From a plasmid, in sequence record NZ_CP118990.1: DNA of 64,000 nt; one strand, 5' to 3'. Below, piece by piece: positions 26,108 to 37,443 of the stretch. Below the pieces are notes generated by a model that saw nothing but the letters and a program-made list of their open reading frames with translations, ran no database searches and was not told where the DNA came from. Position numbers and translations under genes: made by a program. The first letter of the stretch is position 1. Each line of letters begins with the position of its first letter.

Positions 26108-27220
26108 ATGCCGCTAAAGTGCTTGCACCACCACACCACCATCTTCGCCTTTGATTTCGATGCAGCAGGTTGGGAGAAACTGAAAGCCAGCAACCGAGCA
26201 GATGCCGGCCTCATAATGACATGCTGCCAGGCCCGAGCGGTCCCGAAGGTATCCAAGCTCGGCACCCGGTTCTTTGCACATCACAAGAGTGGCGAATGTA
26301 CCAGCACACCGGAGACAGCGGAGCACCTATGGGCCAAGACCATCGTCTGTCAGGCTGCCCGAGCGGCAGGGTGGACAGCCGATACGGAGGTAAGGGGCCA
26401 AACTCCGGCCGGTGAAGACTGGGTGGCCGATGTGCTATCCACCAAAGGCAGCGCTAAGGTCGCCATCGAGATCCAGTGGTCACGCCAAGGCACCGAAGAG
26501 ACCCAGCGCCGTCAGCGTCGCTATGCCGACTCTGGAGTGCGAGCATTATGGCTACTGCGTCACCCTGACCTGCTGGTGGAGCGGGGCACGCCATCGTTCT
26601 TGTTGGATGTCCGAGCGAGTGAGTCAGCAGCCTTCGTGCGACTCCCATCAAGCCAATTCGATCCGCGCTGGGTCACCAACCGCAACAAGAGCGAAGCGGA
26701 ATATTGGCAGCAAACCATCGCGCTGGAGACGTTCGTCCGTGGAGCCCTGACCGGCTCATTAAAGTTCGCCCCGGCGATTGACCAGCCCATACCGGTGACC
26801 ATCAGTGCCACAAAGATCCGGTGCTGGCGCTGTAAGCGTGAGACCTGGACGGTACAAGGGCTTACCCTGGAGGTCAGTACGCGGTTCGCGGGTCACCCAG
26901 ACCTGCACACGAGCCTTGAAGAGCTCGATAGCGGGGAGGAGACTGCACCGTGGCTGGCTAACTTGTTCCCGGCCGCACTGTTGAAGCAACACGGGATAGG
27001 CGTGATCAAGCCGCGCTTTAGCCGCACAGCAGGATGCAGCTATCTATCGAACGGCTGTACACACTGCGACGCCCTCCAGGGTCGCCACTTTGACCACGAC
27101 GATTACCAGGAAGCGACCGACGTCTGCCAGTATGAAGTCACCCTGAGTAGTGAGTTGCTAGAGCAACTGGCTACCGTGGGCAACGATATTGCCTATCGCT
27201 GGTGGTTTGCAGAGAGGTAA
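26108..27220 (+). CDS. CoiA-like nuclease-family protein with a C-terminal zinc ribbon
   Basis: AIEIQWSRQG...RRYADSGVRALWL fits the CoiA-like (PD-(D/E)xK) signature. CWRCKRE...CTHCD Cys pairs. Confidence 0.45.
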   Translation: MPLKCLHHHTTIFAFDFDAAGWEKLKASNRADAGLIMTCCQARAVPKVSKLGTRFFAHHKSGECTSTPETAEHLWAKTIVCQAARAAGWTADTEVRGQTPAGEDWVADVLSTKGSAKVAIEIQWSRQGTEETQRRQRRYADSGVRALWLLRHPDLLVERGTPSFLLDVRASESAAFVRLPSSQFDPRWVTNRNKSEAEYWQQTIALETFVRGALTGSLKFAPAIDQPIPVTISATKIRCWRCKRETWTVQGLTLEVSTRFAGHPDLHTSLEELDSGEETAPWLANLFPAALLKQHGIGVIKPRFSRTAGCSYLSNGCTHCDALQGRHFDHDDYQEATDVCQYEVTLSSELLEQLATVGNDIAYRWWFAER

Positions 27221-27237
27221 ACGTGGCCGGTTTCTTC

Positions 27238-27527
27238 ATAAATTAGACCATCATGCAGCGAGGGGTAGAAAGCCCCACACCAACCCCCGAGGCCTACCTT
27301 TTACCCCGGCGCCGCTCCACTGAGCGCGTCTCTTCTTTCTCTCTCTTTTTCTCTCTTTCTCAATCTAATCTCCCGCGAGCGCGGGCCTAGCACAGGGGCT
27401 GAGCTCGTTCGGGGGTAAGGCTCACCGGGTCCAACATTGTCACGATAAAACATCGGGCTCACCCTCCCCCGACGCCGCGCAGCGGCGGCGATCATCTCTT
27501 ATACCCCTCGTTGCATGATGGTCTAAT
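27238..27527. repeat. 290-bp segment bounded by 25-bp inverted repeats (ATTAGACCATCATGCAGCGAGGGG / CCCCTCGTTGCATGATGGTCTAAT). The interior holds a polypyrimidine mirror tract and GC hairpins.
   Basis: Read directly; one mismatch between the arms. It lies immediately upstream of the Tus-like gene. Confidence 0.6.
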
Positions 27528-27582
27528 ATTGCCTATTCTCTAACCAATATTCTATCGGTACAAACCCCAGGTAAGGACCTCC

Positions 27583-28464
27583 ATGCAGACTAACTTCATC
27601 TCCGAACAGTACACAGCCATCACCCGTGACCTCGATCGCCTCGCAACTCTCATCCGGCGCCTGCCCCATCGCGACGCCCGTGTCGCGGCCATCACACCCA
27701 CGGCCAAAGGCTCCGAAAGCGAGCCTACAACCAACATTGTTGTCCTGGAACAAACCGGGAGCGATGCCCTGGCGCTCGCCGCCGACTGCTACCGGGATCT
27801 CCACATCATCCCCCAGCTCTCCCAGAAGTCGGCCCGCCGAACCGTCGGCGTATTGTGGCTCTCCCCTTCCCAGAGCGGCGCGGCCGCCACTGACGAGCTC
27901 CGGCAGCTGGTGGACCGCATCAACACCGCCAAGGCCGGTATCGAGACGTTCATCGTCTCCAACTACGGCACCCGCCAGGAGCGTTTTGAGGCACTCCGGG
28001 CCGAATGCCCCGGCGTGATGACCCTGCACCTGTACCGGCAGATCCGGTGCTATGCCGAGGGGGACGTGGATTCTATCCGGTTCACCTGGCAGCAGAAGGA
28101 CTCGCTCAAACGGCCCGACAAAGATGAGCTGATGCGCCGGATCCGGGTTGAACTGGAGAAAGCAGGGCCAGATTTTCGGCCGCAGCTGGAGGAGCTGCTC
28201 GACAAGATTTCCGGCACCCCCGAGGCAGCGCTGCGCGAGCGCCGGGAGGTAAAGGTGCAGCCGGTGGCAAACATCATGGCCGCGGGGGCACTGAGAACGG
28301 TGACGGCACCGATGCCTCTGATCCTGCTCCAGGATGCTGATGCCAAGATCAAGATGCTCAAGTCGTTTGACCCGAAGGCAGGGCGCAAAACGCGGAACGA
28401 CCGGGTGGAATCCCGTGTTATCGGGACATTTTGCGGGGTCGCCATCGAGGCATTTCCGTTGTGA
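27583..28464 (+). CDS. Tus-like DNA replication terminus site-binding protein homologue
   Basis: Similar to E. coli Tus: GVMTLHLYRQI vs GLITLNAYRTL, IRFTWQQKD vs LRFGWANKH, VKVQPVANI vs VKVQPIARV, APMPLILLQD vs CPTPLIALIN. Confidence 0.6.
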   Translation: MQTNFISEQYTAITRDLDRLATLIRRLPHRDARVAAITPTAKGSESEPTTNIVVLEQTGSDALALAADCYRDLHIIPQLSQKSARRTVGVLWLSPSQSGAAATDELRQLVDRINTAKAGIETFIVSNYGTRQERFEALRAECPGVMTLHLYRQIRCYAEGDVDSIRFTWQQKDSLKRPDKDELMRRIRVELEKAGPDFRPQLEELLDKISGTPEAALRERREVKVQPVANIMAAGALRTVTAPMPLILLQDADAKIKMLKSFDPKAGRKTRNDRVESRVIGTFCGVAIEAFPL

Positions 28465-28602
28465 TGACATGACGGGATAAGCAAGGTGGGCCGTTGAAAA
28501 CGGCCATATCCGGGGTTTGGGGAGCAATGGAACCAAAAACCAACGTAAGCTCTGAATCCCACCGTAAAGGGGCTTTCCGATCTCCAGCTCACCCGCCAGG
28601 CA

Positions 28603-29004
28603 TTACTCTCTGATCAGTGCCTCGATGATCGGGCAGATCGTTCCGCCGTCTCCCGCATCACATTGCTGCACCAGTTCGCCTAACAGTTGCTGCATGACGA
28701 CCAAGTCGGCCATCTTCTGCTCGATCAACGCGAGCTTGCGTGCAGCCCGTGCTCGCGTTTCGGCACAGGCGCACGACTCATCCAGCGTCAGCAGTCCACC
28801 GACTTCCGAGAGCGTGAAACCCAGCGCCTGAGCCCGCTTGATGAAACGCAGTCGCTTCACCATGTCCACCGGATAGCGCCGATGGCCACCCAAGGGTTTG
28901 GCTGGTTCATCCAGCAGCCCGCGTCGCTGGTAGTAGCGGATCGTCTCGACGTTCACCCCGGCGGCGTCTGCCAGCTTGCCAATGGTCAGCTCTGTGGCCA
29001 TCAC
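28603..29004 (-). CDS. merR: MerR-family mercury-responsive regulator (copy 1, divergent from merT)
   Basis: N-terminal [28 protein letters not shown]. Cys residues C...CDAGDGGTICP. Divergent from merT and merP. Confidence 0.8.
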   Translation of the reverse strand: MMATELTIGKLADAAGVNVETIRYYQRRGLLDEPAKPLGGHRRYPVDMVKRLRFIKRAQALGFTLSEVGGLLTLDESCACAETRARAARKLALIEQKMADLVVMQQLLGELVQQCDAGDGGTICPIIEALIRE

Positions 29005-29069
29005 TTTCTCCTTGATTCCGTACTTTGGTACGGAGTTTAGAATAGCACCTAGGCAATCAGGCTCAGGAG

Positions 29070-29426
29070 ATGGGAATGGGGATGCAACTCACCGGGAAAG
29101 GCTCGCTGGTCGCGAGTTCGCTGACCGCCATCGGTGCGTCGGTGTGCTGTGTCGGGCCACTGGTGCTGTTGGCACTCGGTGTCGGCGGTACGTGGGTGGG
29201 CGCTCTGACCATGATGGAGCCACTACGCCCCCTCTTCATCGGGTTGACTCTACTGTTCCTGGGATTGGCATTCCGCAAGCTCTACCTGGTGCCACAGGTT
29301 TGTACGCCAGGTACACCCTGCGCCGATCCGCGCACGCTCGTGCGACAGCGACTCGTGTTCTGGATCGTCAGCGTGCTGCTGCTCGGCCTATTGGCCGTGC
29401 CGTGGCTCGCCCCGCTGTTCTACTGA
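29070..29426 (+). CDS. merT: Mercuric transport protein MerT (copy 1)
   Basis: 3-TM protein with a CCxGP (VCCVGPLVLLALG) first-helix Cys pair and a second Cys pair in the loop. Confidence 0.8.
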   Translation: MGMGMQLTGKGSLVASSLTAIGASVCCVGPLVLLALGVGGTWVGALTMMEPLRPLFIGLTLLFLGLAFRKLYLVPQVCTPGTPCADPRTLVRQRLVFWIVSVLLLGLLAVPWLAPLFY

Positions 29427-29438
29427 AGGAGATTAACC

Positions 29439-29714
29439 ATGCGCAAACTGCTGATCGCCGTGCTTTTCGCCTTGCCCTTCGTGGCGCTGGCGGCTCCCCC
29501 GAAAACCGTCACGCTCGACGTGCAGAACATGACGTGCGGACTCTGTCCGATCACGGTCAAGAAGTCGCTGGAGAAGGTGTCCGGCGTGAGTGACGTCCAG
29601 GTCAATTTCGACCAGAAGACGGCGACCGTCACCTACGATCCCGATAAGGCCCAGCCCGAGGCACTGACTGAGGCGACCGCGAACGCGGGATACCCCTCCA
29701 CAGTGCAGAAGTGA
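29439..29714 (+). CDS. merP: Periplasmic mercury-binding protein MerP (copy 1)
   Basis: Signal peptide plus HMA motif GMTCGLCP. Confidence 0.85.
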   Translation: MRKLLIAVLFALPFVALAAPPKTVTLDVQNMTCGLCPITVKKSLEKVSGVSDVQVNFDQKTATVTYDPDKAQPEALTEATANAGYPSTVQK

Positions 29715-29721
29715 GGTCACG

Positions 29722-29934
29722 ATGAGCGCCATTGTCCTTGAGTCCGTGCTGACTTGCCCGCGCTGCGGCTTCGCCAAGCCGGAAACCATGCCCACGGACG
29801 CCTGCCAGTTCTATTACGAGTGCAGCAACTGCAAGGCGCTGCTGCGCCCCAACCCAGGGGATTGCTGCGTTTTCTGTTCGTTCGGCTCGGTGAAGTGCCC
29901 GCCGATCCAGCAGCAGCTTGGGTGTTGCTCATAG
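29722..29934 (+). CDS. Cysteine-rich 70-aa protein (10 Cys) at the position where merA is expected
   Basis: CPRCG..C..C..C..CCVFCSFGSVKCP. It ends 7 nt before the transposon IR. Confidence 0.4.
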   Translation: MSAIVLESVLTCPRCGFAKPETMPTDACQFYYECSNCKALLRPNPGDCCVFCSFGSVKCPPIQQQLGCCS

Positions 29935-29946
29935 CGTTTAGGGGGA

Positions 29947-32940
29947 TCACAGGTCGTCGTCTGGATTACGCAGTGGCCGCAGCTCGCCGCGCGCAACTTC
30001 TTCCGGTACCGCAAAGGAATACCGCCCGAGCATGTTGATGTGCTCGTAGATCAGCGGCGATAGCCGGGCCAAATCCTCTTCCAGCACTGGATAGCCGTGC
30101 TGCTTGAGCCGTTCCACGGCCGCCGTCATGTAGAGGGTGTTCCACAGCACGATGATGTTCACCACCAGGCCCAGAGCACCGAGCTGGTCTTCCTGGCCTT
30201 CGCGGTAGCGCTGGCGGAGCTCGCCGCGTTTGCCGTGGAACACGGCGCGGGCCAGGCTGTGCCCGCCTTCGCCTCGGTTCAACTGGGTCAGGGTGGCGCG
30301 GCGCTTGGACTCGTCGTCGATATAGGTCAACGTGTGCAGAGTCTTTTCGATCCGCCCGAATTCGGCCAGCGCCTGGGCCAGCCGGGTGGGTCTATCTCCC
30401 GTTTGCAGCGTGCGCATGATGCCAGTCGCCGGCACCCGGCCGAGTTTGAGCGAGCCGGCCAGGCGCAGCAGGTCGTCCCAGTGCTCGGCGATCAGGTCGA
30501 GTTTGACCGACTGGCGGGCCAGCCCGTTGAGCTTGCCGTAGTCCGCGTCCGGGCGCGTGCGCCAGAAGCGGGTACCGCCGACATCGGCCAGCCGCGGACT
30601 GAAGTGGTAGCCAAGTAGGCGGAAGAGCCCGAACACCACATCGCTGTAGGCCCCGGTGTCGGTCATGATTTGCGTCGGCTGCAACTCGGTCTGCTGTTCC
30701 AGCACGACCGCCAGCAACACCAGGCTGTCGCGCAGCGTGCCGGGCACGGTGATGGCGTTGAGGCCGGAGAATTGGTCGGAAATCAGGTTGTACCAGGTGA
30801 CACCCCGGCCGGTGCCGAAATACTTCGGATTGGGGCCGGCATGCACGGTGCGCACCGGTATGACGAAGCGCATGCCATCGGCGGAGGCGACCTCGCCGCC
30901 ACCCCAGACTTGGGCCAGTTCCAGTTGGCTTTGCGCTCCGACCAGGATGGCGTTAGCCGCTGACAGGGTGTCGTCGCGGATATAATTCTGGCTGACCCAG
31001 GACAGCCGGTCACGGCGCAGCGCCGGGTTGTCGGTGCGGATCAAGGGCTCCAGGCCGGTGTTGCAGGCCCCGCCCAACAGCACCGCGCAGAGGCTGGTGA
31101 CCAGGTTGTCGGCGCGTGCATTGCGTTCGGAGACATGGGTGAAGGCCTCGGAAAAGCCAGTGCGGGCGGCGATTTCCAAGAGGATTTCCGGCAGATCGAC
31201 ACGCGGCATCAGGTCAGACACGGCCGCCCGCAGTTGCAGCAACGAGCAGGGCTCGTCCAGCTTGTCCAGCGCCCCGAGCGACAGTTCGGTCTTGCCCTCG
31301 GTGTTCTCGCTCAGTTGAATCGCCGGGTTGTCGGGCAGGCGCGCGGCTACTGCCAGCCAGGTTGCATCCAGCTCGACGGACAAGGCGTCCAGGGTGGTTT
31401 TGGCGTCGATGGTCACGCCCAGTGACCGGCAGATGATCGGTCGCGCCGCCAGCCATTCGGCACCGTCGAGCAGGCCAAGGCGCGGGTCGGCATAGCGCCA
31501 ACTGGGCGAGACGAAGACATCGCGGCGGCGCAGGGCCGTGCGCAGCGCATCGAGCGTGCAGAACACATAGGCACCCATGTCGAGGGAGCCATCTTCGCGG
31601 GTGATGTGCTTCTGCCAAGCCTTGGCCACGATCTCCTGCGGCGCGTCATCCTCTGGCTTCCGGCGCGGCAGGTTCAGTTGCAGCCACTCCAGACTAGCCG
31701 CCACGCCCTTGCCGGCCGGGCTGAAGCCGAAGCGGATGTGCTTGAGCAGGTCGGGCAGGAAGCGGCGCACGCTGCGGTAGCGCGCTTCCAATGCAAGAAA
31801 ATAGACGTCATCTACCGGGCGGATCAGCGCGTTGACCTCTTCCAGGGCCTTTTCCAGGGTGGTCCTCGGCAGGTCGTTGAACAGCCGGGCGCGCACGTTG
31901 TCATCGCTGATCGAGCTGTCCAGCACGACCTTGCACGCGGCGGCGAGCGTCGCGGCCGACCGATCCAGGTCTTTCAGGCTGCGCATGCGGGCTTTCTTGT
32001 CGGCCTTCTCCGCGTTGCTGAACAGGTCGCGCAGCAAGGCCTCCAGGACTTCCAGTGCGTCGTCGTGCGCAGTCGCCTCCAGGCAGAGTGCGAAGGCCAC
32101 CAGTGTCGCCATCCGCCGCGACGCCGGCAGCCGATTAATCGCGGTGACCTTGGCCGTGTTGGCGAAGCGGGCCAGGGCGGCGATACGGCTGGGAGGGATG
32201 TGCGCCGCCGCCGGCAAGGTGATGCCGATGCCGCGCACGTCATCGAGCCGGCGCAGTGCCCGAATCAACGCGGGGCCACTGACCATGACCGGGCCGGAGC
32301 GCAATTGATCCAGCCGGGAGCTGCGGTTGCCTTCGGCCACCGTCAGCAAGTCTTGCAGTTGCAATCGCTGTTCCTCAGTCACGCTGCGGCCCAGCGTAAA
32401 CCAGAGGCGTTCTTCGACCCGACTGCGCAACTGGGCGATAAAGCGCTCTAGTTGAGACACACCAGGCAGGAGGACTTTCTGTGTGAACAGCCACGAGGTG
32501 GCTCGCTCAAACAGCACTCCCGGCCGGTCGGTGCCCGTCCAGCAGAGGGCATACAGCCAGCGGCTCAAGCGAAAGCCGATGCCCGGATCGGTGAAATGAC
32601 GATAGCCAAAGCGGTTCTGAATATCGGTGGCATGTATCCAGCGGCGATGATCGCTATAGCGCTGGAGGCAGTCGGGGTCTGGAATCGCCAGTTGTCGGCA
32701 AAGCACCTGCAGGACTTCCACCGGCACGGCGGCGGGCTTGTCCGGCAGAACGCCAACGAAGCGGACGGTGGTCAGCAGAACGGCATAACCCAGACGGTTA
32801 TGGTTACCCCGCAGCACCTGGATGGCTTCACGGTCTTCATCGCTCAGGTGGAAGTAACGTTCCAGCTCTTCACGGCTGGGCGAATCAACATAGCGGCCAA
32901 AACCGTCGCGTTGCTCTTGAGTCAGAAAACCGACCGGCAT
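29947..32940 (-). CDS. tnpA: Tn3-family transposase TnpA (997 aa)
   Basis: Length and the C-terminal DDE region ...VNIIVLWNTLYM... are typical of Tn3-family TnpA. Confidence 0.85.
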   Translation of the reverse strand: MPVGFLTQEQRDGFGRYVDSPSREELERYFHLSDEDREAIQVLRGNHNRLGYAVLLTTVRFVGVLPDKPAAVPVEVLQVLCRQLAIPDPDCLQRYSDHRRWIHATDIQNRFGYRHFTDPGIGFRLSRWLYALCWTGTDRPGVLFERATSWLFTQKVLLPGVSQLERFIAQLRSRVEERLWFTLGRSVTEEQRLQLQDLLTVAEGNRSSRLDQLRSGPVMVSGPALIRALRRLDDVRGIGITLPAAAHIPPSRIAALARFANTAKVTAINRLPASRRMATLVAFALCLEATAHDDALEVLEALLRDLFSNAEKADKKARMRSLKDLDRSAATLAAACKVVLDSSISDDNVRARLFNDLPRTTLEKALEEVNALIRPVDDVYFLALEARYRSVRRFLPDLLKHIRFGFSPAGKGVAASLEWLQLNLPRRKPEDDAPQEIVAKAWQKHITREDGSLDMGAYVFCTLDALRTALRRRDVFVSPSWRYADPRLGLLDGAEWLAARPIICRSLGVTIDAKTTLDALSVELDATWLAVAARLPDNPAIQLSENTEGKTELSLGALDKLDEPCSLLQLRAAVSDLMPRVDLPEILLEIAARTGFSEAFTHVSERNARADNLVTSLCAVLLGGACNTGLEPLIRTDNPALRRDRLSWVSQNYIRDDTLSAANAILVGAQSQLELAQVWGGGEVASADGMRFVIPVRTVHAGPNPKYFGTGRGVTWYNLISDQFSGLNAITVPGTLRDSLVLLAVVLEQQTELQPTQIMTDTGAYSDVVFGLFRLLGYHFSPRLADVGGTRFWRTRPDADYGKLNGLARQSVKLDLIAEHWDDLLRLAGSLKLGRVPATGIMRTLQTGDRPTRLAQALAEFGRIEKTLHTLTYIDDESKRRATLTQLNRGEGGHSLARAVFHGKRGELRQRYREGQEDQLGALGLVVNIIVLWNTLYMTAAVERLKQHGYPVLEEDLARLSPLIYEHINMLGRYSFAVPEEVARGELRPLRNPDDDL

Positions 32941-32943
32941 TGA

Positions 32944-33354
32944 TCACAGCACCTCGACGCAGAACACGGCGGGCGTGACGATCCGCGTGCGTTCGATGTG
33001 CCCGCGTTGCAGCAGGCCGGCGCGGCGATCACCGGTTATCAGGTAGTCCGCATCGCCCGCCAAGGCCATGGCCAGCAAAAACGAGTCATCCGGATCATCG
33101 GCTTCGACCTCGATGGTCAGGCGCTCCAGTACCACAGCCCGTTGCAGGTTATTGATCATGGCGCCCACCTTGGCGGGCTGTAGGATGGCCTGAAGCTTGG
33201 GATAGCGGCTGGCTCGACGAATTTCATCGAGTTGCATCCGCGAGGTCACCACCTCGAAACGCGCCGCCCGCCAGGCACGGTAGATCGCATCGGGCGCGCC
33301 ATGTGGCGAGATCAGGGCGCTGAACAGGATGTTGGTATCCAACACGACCCGCAT
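32944..33354 (-). CDS. PIN-domain toxin (VapC-like) of a transposon-borne toxin-antitoxin pair
   Basis: VLDTNIL...D..D acidic residues of the PIN fold. Its start abuts the antitoxin stop. Confidence 0.65.
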   Translation of the reverse strand: MRVVLDTNILFSALISPHGAPDAIYRAWRAARFEVVTSRMQLDEIRRASRYPKLQAILQPAKVGAMINNLQRAVVLERLTIEVEADDPDDSFLLAMALAGDADYLITGDRRAGLLQRGHIERTRIVTPAVFCVEVL

Positions 33355-33593
33355 CAGCGCTTACGTGCCCAGTCGAGCGCTTCGTCAACCGCGTTGGTCA
33401 ATTCTGCCTCACTCAGATGGGCGTTAGCGGCCTTGGCCTGCTCAGCGCTCAGCTCCAGGATGTGTGCCCGTACCGCTTCTTCGATGAAGCGCGACAGGTC
33501 GCCCTTACGGCCGCCGCCCTGGCTGGCCAGAAACATCCGAAGCGACTGGTCGGTGTCGGCCGAGACGGCGACATTCCAGCGAATGGTATTCAT
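33354..33593 (-). CDS. Ribbon-helix-helix antitoxin
   Basis: 79 aa, upstream of and overlapping the PIN gene. Lies between tnpA and the res/tnpR region, as in toxin-antitoxin-carrying Tn3-family elements. Confidence 0.55.
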   Translation of the reverse strand: MNTIRWNVAVSADTDQSLRMFLASQGGGRKGDLSRFIEEAVRAHILELSAEQAKAANAHLSEAELTNAVDEALDWARKR

Positions 33594-33690
33594 AGCGTTC
33601 TCCGCTAATAGGTGTTTGTGTGTTTATACGCCAATCACAAAGGGCGATGCAATGGTTCGACAAAACGAACGTATATGTGACAGGTACGAC

Positions 33691-34305
33691 ATGCTGATAG
33701 GCTACATGCGGGTATCGAAGGCGGACGGCTCCCAGGCTACCGATTTGCAGCGCGACGCGCTGATTGCCGCCGGGGTCGATCCAGTACATCTTTACGAGGA
33801 CCAGGCATCCGGCATGCGCGAGGATCGGCCCGGCTTGACGAGCTGCCTGAAGGCGTTGCGAACTGGCGACACACTGGTCGTGTGGAAACTGGATCGGCTC
33901 GGACGCGACCTGCGACATCTCATCAACACCGTGCACGACCTGACTGGGCGCGGCATCGGCTTGAAGGTATTAACCGGGCACGGCGCGGCCATCGACACCA
34001 CGACCGCCGCCGGCAAGCTGGTCTTTGGCATCTTCGCCGCCCTGGCCGAGTTCGAGCGCGAGTTGATCGCGGAGCGCACGATTGCCGGCCTAGCCTCGGC
34101 CCGCGCGCGCGGGCGGAAAGGCGGCCGGCCGTTCAAGATGACCGCCGCCAAGCTGCGGCTGGCGATGGCGGCAATGGGTCAGCCAGAGACCAAGGTCGGC
34201 GACCTGTGCCAGGAACTTGGCGTCACGCGGCAGACCCTGTATCGGCATGTTTCACCCAAGGGTGAGCTACGTCCAGATGGCGAGAAGCTACTCAGCCGAA
34301 TTTGA
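33691..34305 (+). CDS. tnpR: Serine recombinase / resolvase TnpR
   Basis: MLIGYMRVSKADGSQATDLQRDAL contains the catalytic Ser region; C-terminal HTH. Confidence 0.85.
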   Translation: MLIGYMRVSKADGSQATDLQRDALIAAGVDPVHLYEDQASGMREDRPGLTSCLKALRTGDTLVVWKLDRLGRDLRHLINTVHDLTGRGIGLKVLTGHGAAIDTTTAAGKLVFGIFAALAEFERELIAERTIAGLASARARGRKGGRPFKMTAAKLRLAMAAMGQPETKVGDLCQELGVTRQTLYRHVSPKGELRPDGEKLLSRI

Positions 34306-34357
34306 TGCCGGCATGAGGCAACGTAGCGACAGCGTGGTTTGTCTCAATGGGAAGCGC

Positions 34358-34594
34358 TCATGATCGACCTCTGAAGGCCCGCAGCAGCCGCGTCACAGAC
34401 AGGACAAACAAGCCGGTCAGCGTGAGGGCTGCAATACCCCAGTGCTCGCCGATGAACGCGCCGGCCGTCGTGCCGGCCAGCACAATGGCGAGAATCGGCA
34501 AATGACAGGGACAGGTGAGCACCGCCAGCGCACCCCACAGGTAGCCGGTGAACGGCTTGTGTGTCTCGGTCGGCAAGCGCTCGGGGCTGTTCAT
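34358..34594 (-). CDS. merE: MerE
   Basis: 78 aa with [14 protein letters not shown], characteristic of MerE. Confidence 0.85.
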   Translation of the reverse strand: MNSPERLPTETHKPFTGYLWGALAVLTCPCHLPILAIVLAGTTAGAFIGEHWGIAALTLTGLFVLSVTRLLRAFRGRS

Positions 34595-34956
34595 GGCAGA
34601 CTCTCCGCTTGCTGGGCCGGCGCGGTCGGCATCGCGGCCAACTGCACTTCCAGATCGGCCAACGCTTCGCGTCGGCGTTCGACGAACTGACTCAGCACGG
34701 CAAGCTGTGCGGCTGTTTCATCGCAGTCCGCCGCATCCAGCGCCCGGCACAACCGCGCCAATGCGTCCAGGCCGATGCCCGCCTCAAAAGCGGCCCGCAC
34801 AAAGCACAGCCGCTGCAAGGCGGCGTCATCGAACAAGCCGTAGCCGCCCGTGGTGCAGGCGACTGGCCGCAGCAATCCGCGCAGCAGGTAGTCGCGCACG
34901 ATATGCACGCTCACCCCGGCCTCAAGGGCCAGTCGGGACACTGTGTAGGCGTTCAT
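34591..34956 (-). CDS. merD: MerD co-regulator
   Basis: MerR-like [32 protein letters not shown]; 121 aa. Confidence 0.85.
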   Translation of the reverse strand: MNAYTVSRLALEAGVSVHIVRDYLLRGLLRPVACTTGGYGLFDDAALQRLCFVRAAFEAGIGLDALARLCRALDAADCDETAAQLAVLSQFVERRREALADLEVQLAAMPTAPAQQAESLP

Positions 34957-34973
34957 CGAACACCTCCTTTTCC

Positions 34974-36722
<1,749 letters not shown>

Positions 36723-36730
36723 TCAGTGCC

Positions 36731-37006
36731 TCACTTCTTGACGCTGGACGGATAGCCTGCGTCTTCGGTGGCCTTGGTCAGCTTCTGCACGCTGGTCTTG
36801 GCATCATCGAAGGTGACAACCGCTTCGCGTGTCTCGAAGGTCACGTTAACTTTGCTGACGCCTTCGACCTTGGAAATCGCCTTCTTGACGGTGATCGGAC
36901 AAGCGGAGCAGGTCATGCCCGGTACGGACAGCGTGACGGTCTGGGTGGCGGCCCACACGGGGGCAACAACGGCAGCGATGGCGAGAGAGGCAAACAGTTT
37001 TTTCAT
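36731..37006 (-). CDS. merP: MerP (copy 2)
   Basis: GMTCSACP HMA motif; signal peptide. Confidence 0.9.
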   Translation of the reverse strand: MKKLFASLAIAAVVAPVWAATQTVTLSVPGMTCSACPITVKKAISKVEGVSKVNVTFETREAVVTFDDAKTSVQKLTKATEDAGYPSSVKK

Positions 37007-37021
37007 GATGAACTCCTGTGA

Positions 37022-37372
37022 TTAATAGAAAAATGGCATGACGTAGGGAAATCCGAGCGCGACCAGAACCAGCGCGGCCACGACCCAGAAAATGAGCTTG
37101 TAAGTAGCGCGCACTTGGGGAATCGCACACACATCCCCTGGTTTGCAGGCTTGCGCCGGTCGGTAGATGCGCCGCCAGGCGAAAAACAGCGCCACCAACG
37201 CCGCGCCGATGAAGATCGGGCGATAAGGTTCCAACACCGTCAAGTTGCCGATCCAAGCGCCGCTGAACCCCAGGGCGATCAGAACCAGCGGCCCCAGGCA
37301 GCAAGCCGAGGCGAGGATGGCGGCTAGCCCGCCAGTGAAGAGCGCCCCGCGCCCGTTTTGAGGTTCAGACAT
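37022..37372 (-). CDS. merT: MerT (copy 2)
   Basis: [15 protein letters not shown]; 116 aa. Confidence 0.9.
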   Translation of the reverse strand: MSEPQNGRGALFTGGLAAILASACCLGPLVLIALGFSGAWIGNLTVLEPYRPIFIGAALVALFFAWRRIYRPAQACKPGDVCAIPQVRATYKLIFWVVAALVLVALGFPYVMPFFY

Positions 37373-37443
37373 ACGCTTGTCCTTTCAAATCTGGATTGGA
37401 TAGCTTAAGCTTACTTCCGTACCAATGTACGGAGTCAAGCGAT

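Noticed and set aside
27301-27495. 64-aa ORF inside the IR-bounded 290-bp segment
   Set aside because: Its composition is dominated by the CT mirror repeat and it has no RBS, so the segment is better explained as non-coding.
27523-28592. 337-aa and 180-aa minus-strand ORFs and a 130-aa plus-frame ORF overlapping the Tus-like gene
   Set aside because: They are high-GC antisense or alternative-frame ORFs. The Tus-like frame has clear homology blocks.
30097-32451. Many 90-280-aa ORFs on both strands inside tnpA (29947-32940)
   Set aside because: They are nested in a 997-aa transposase with conserved motifs, which is typical high-GC noise.
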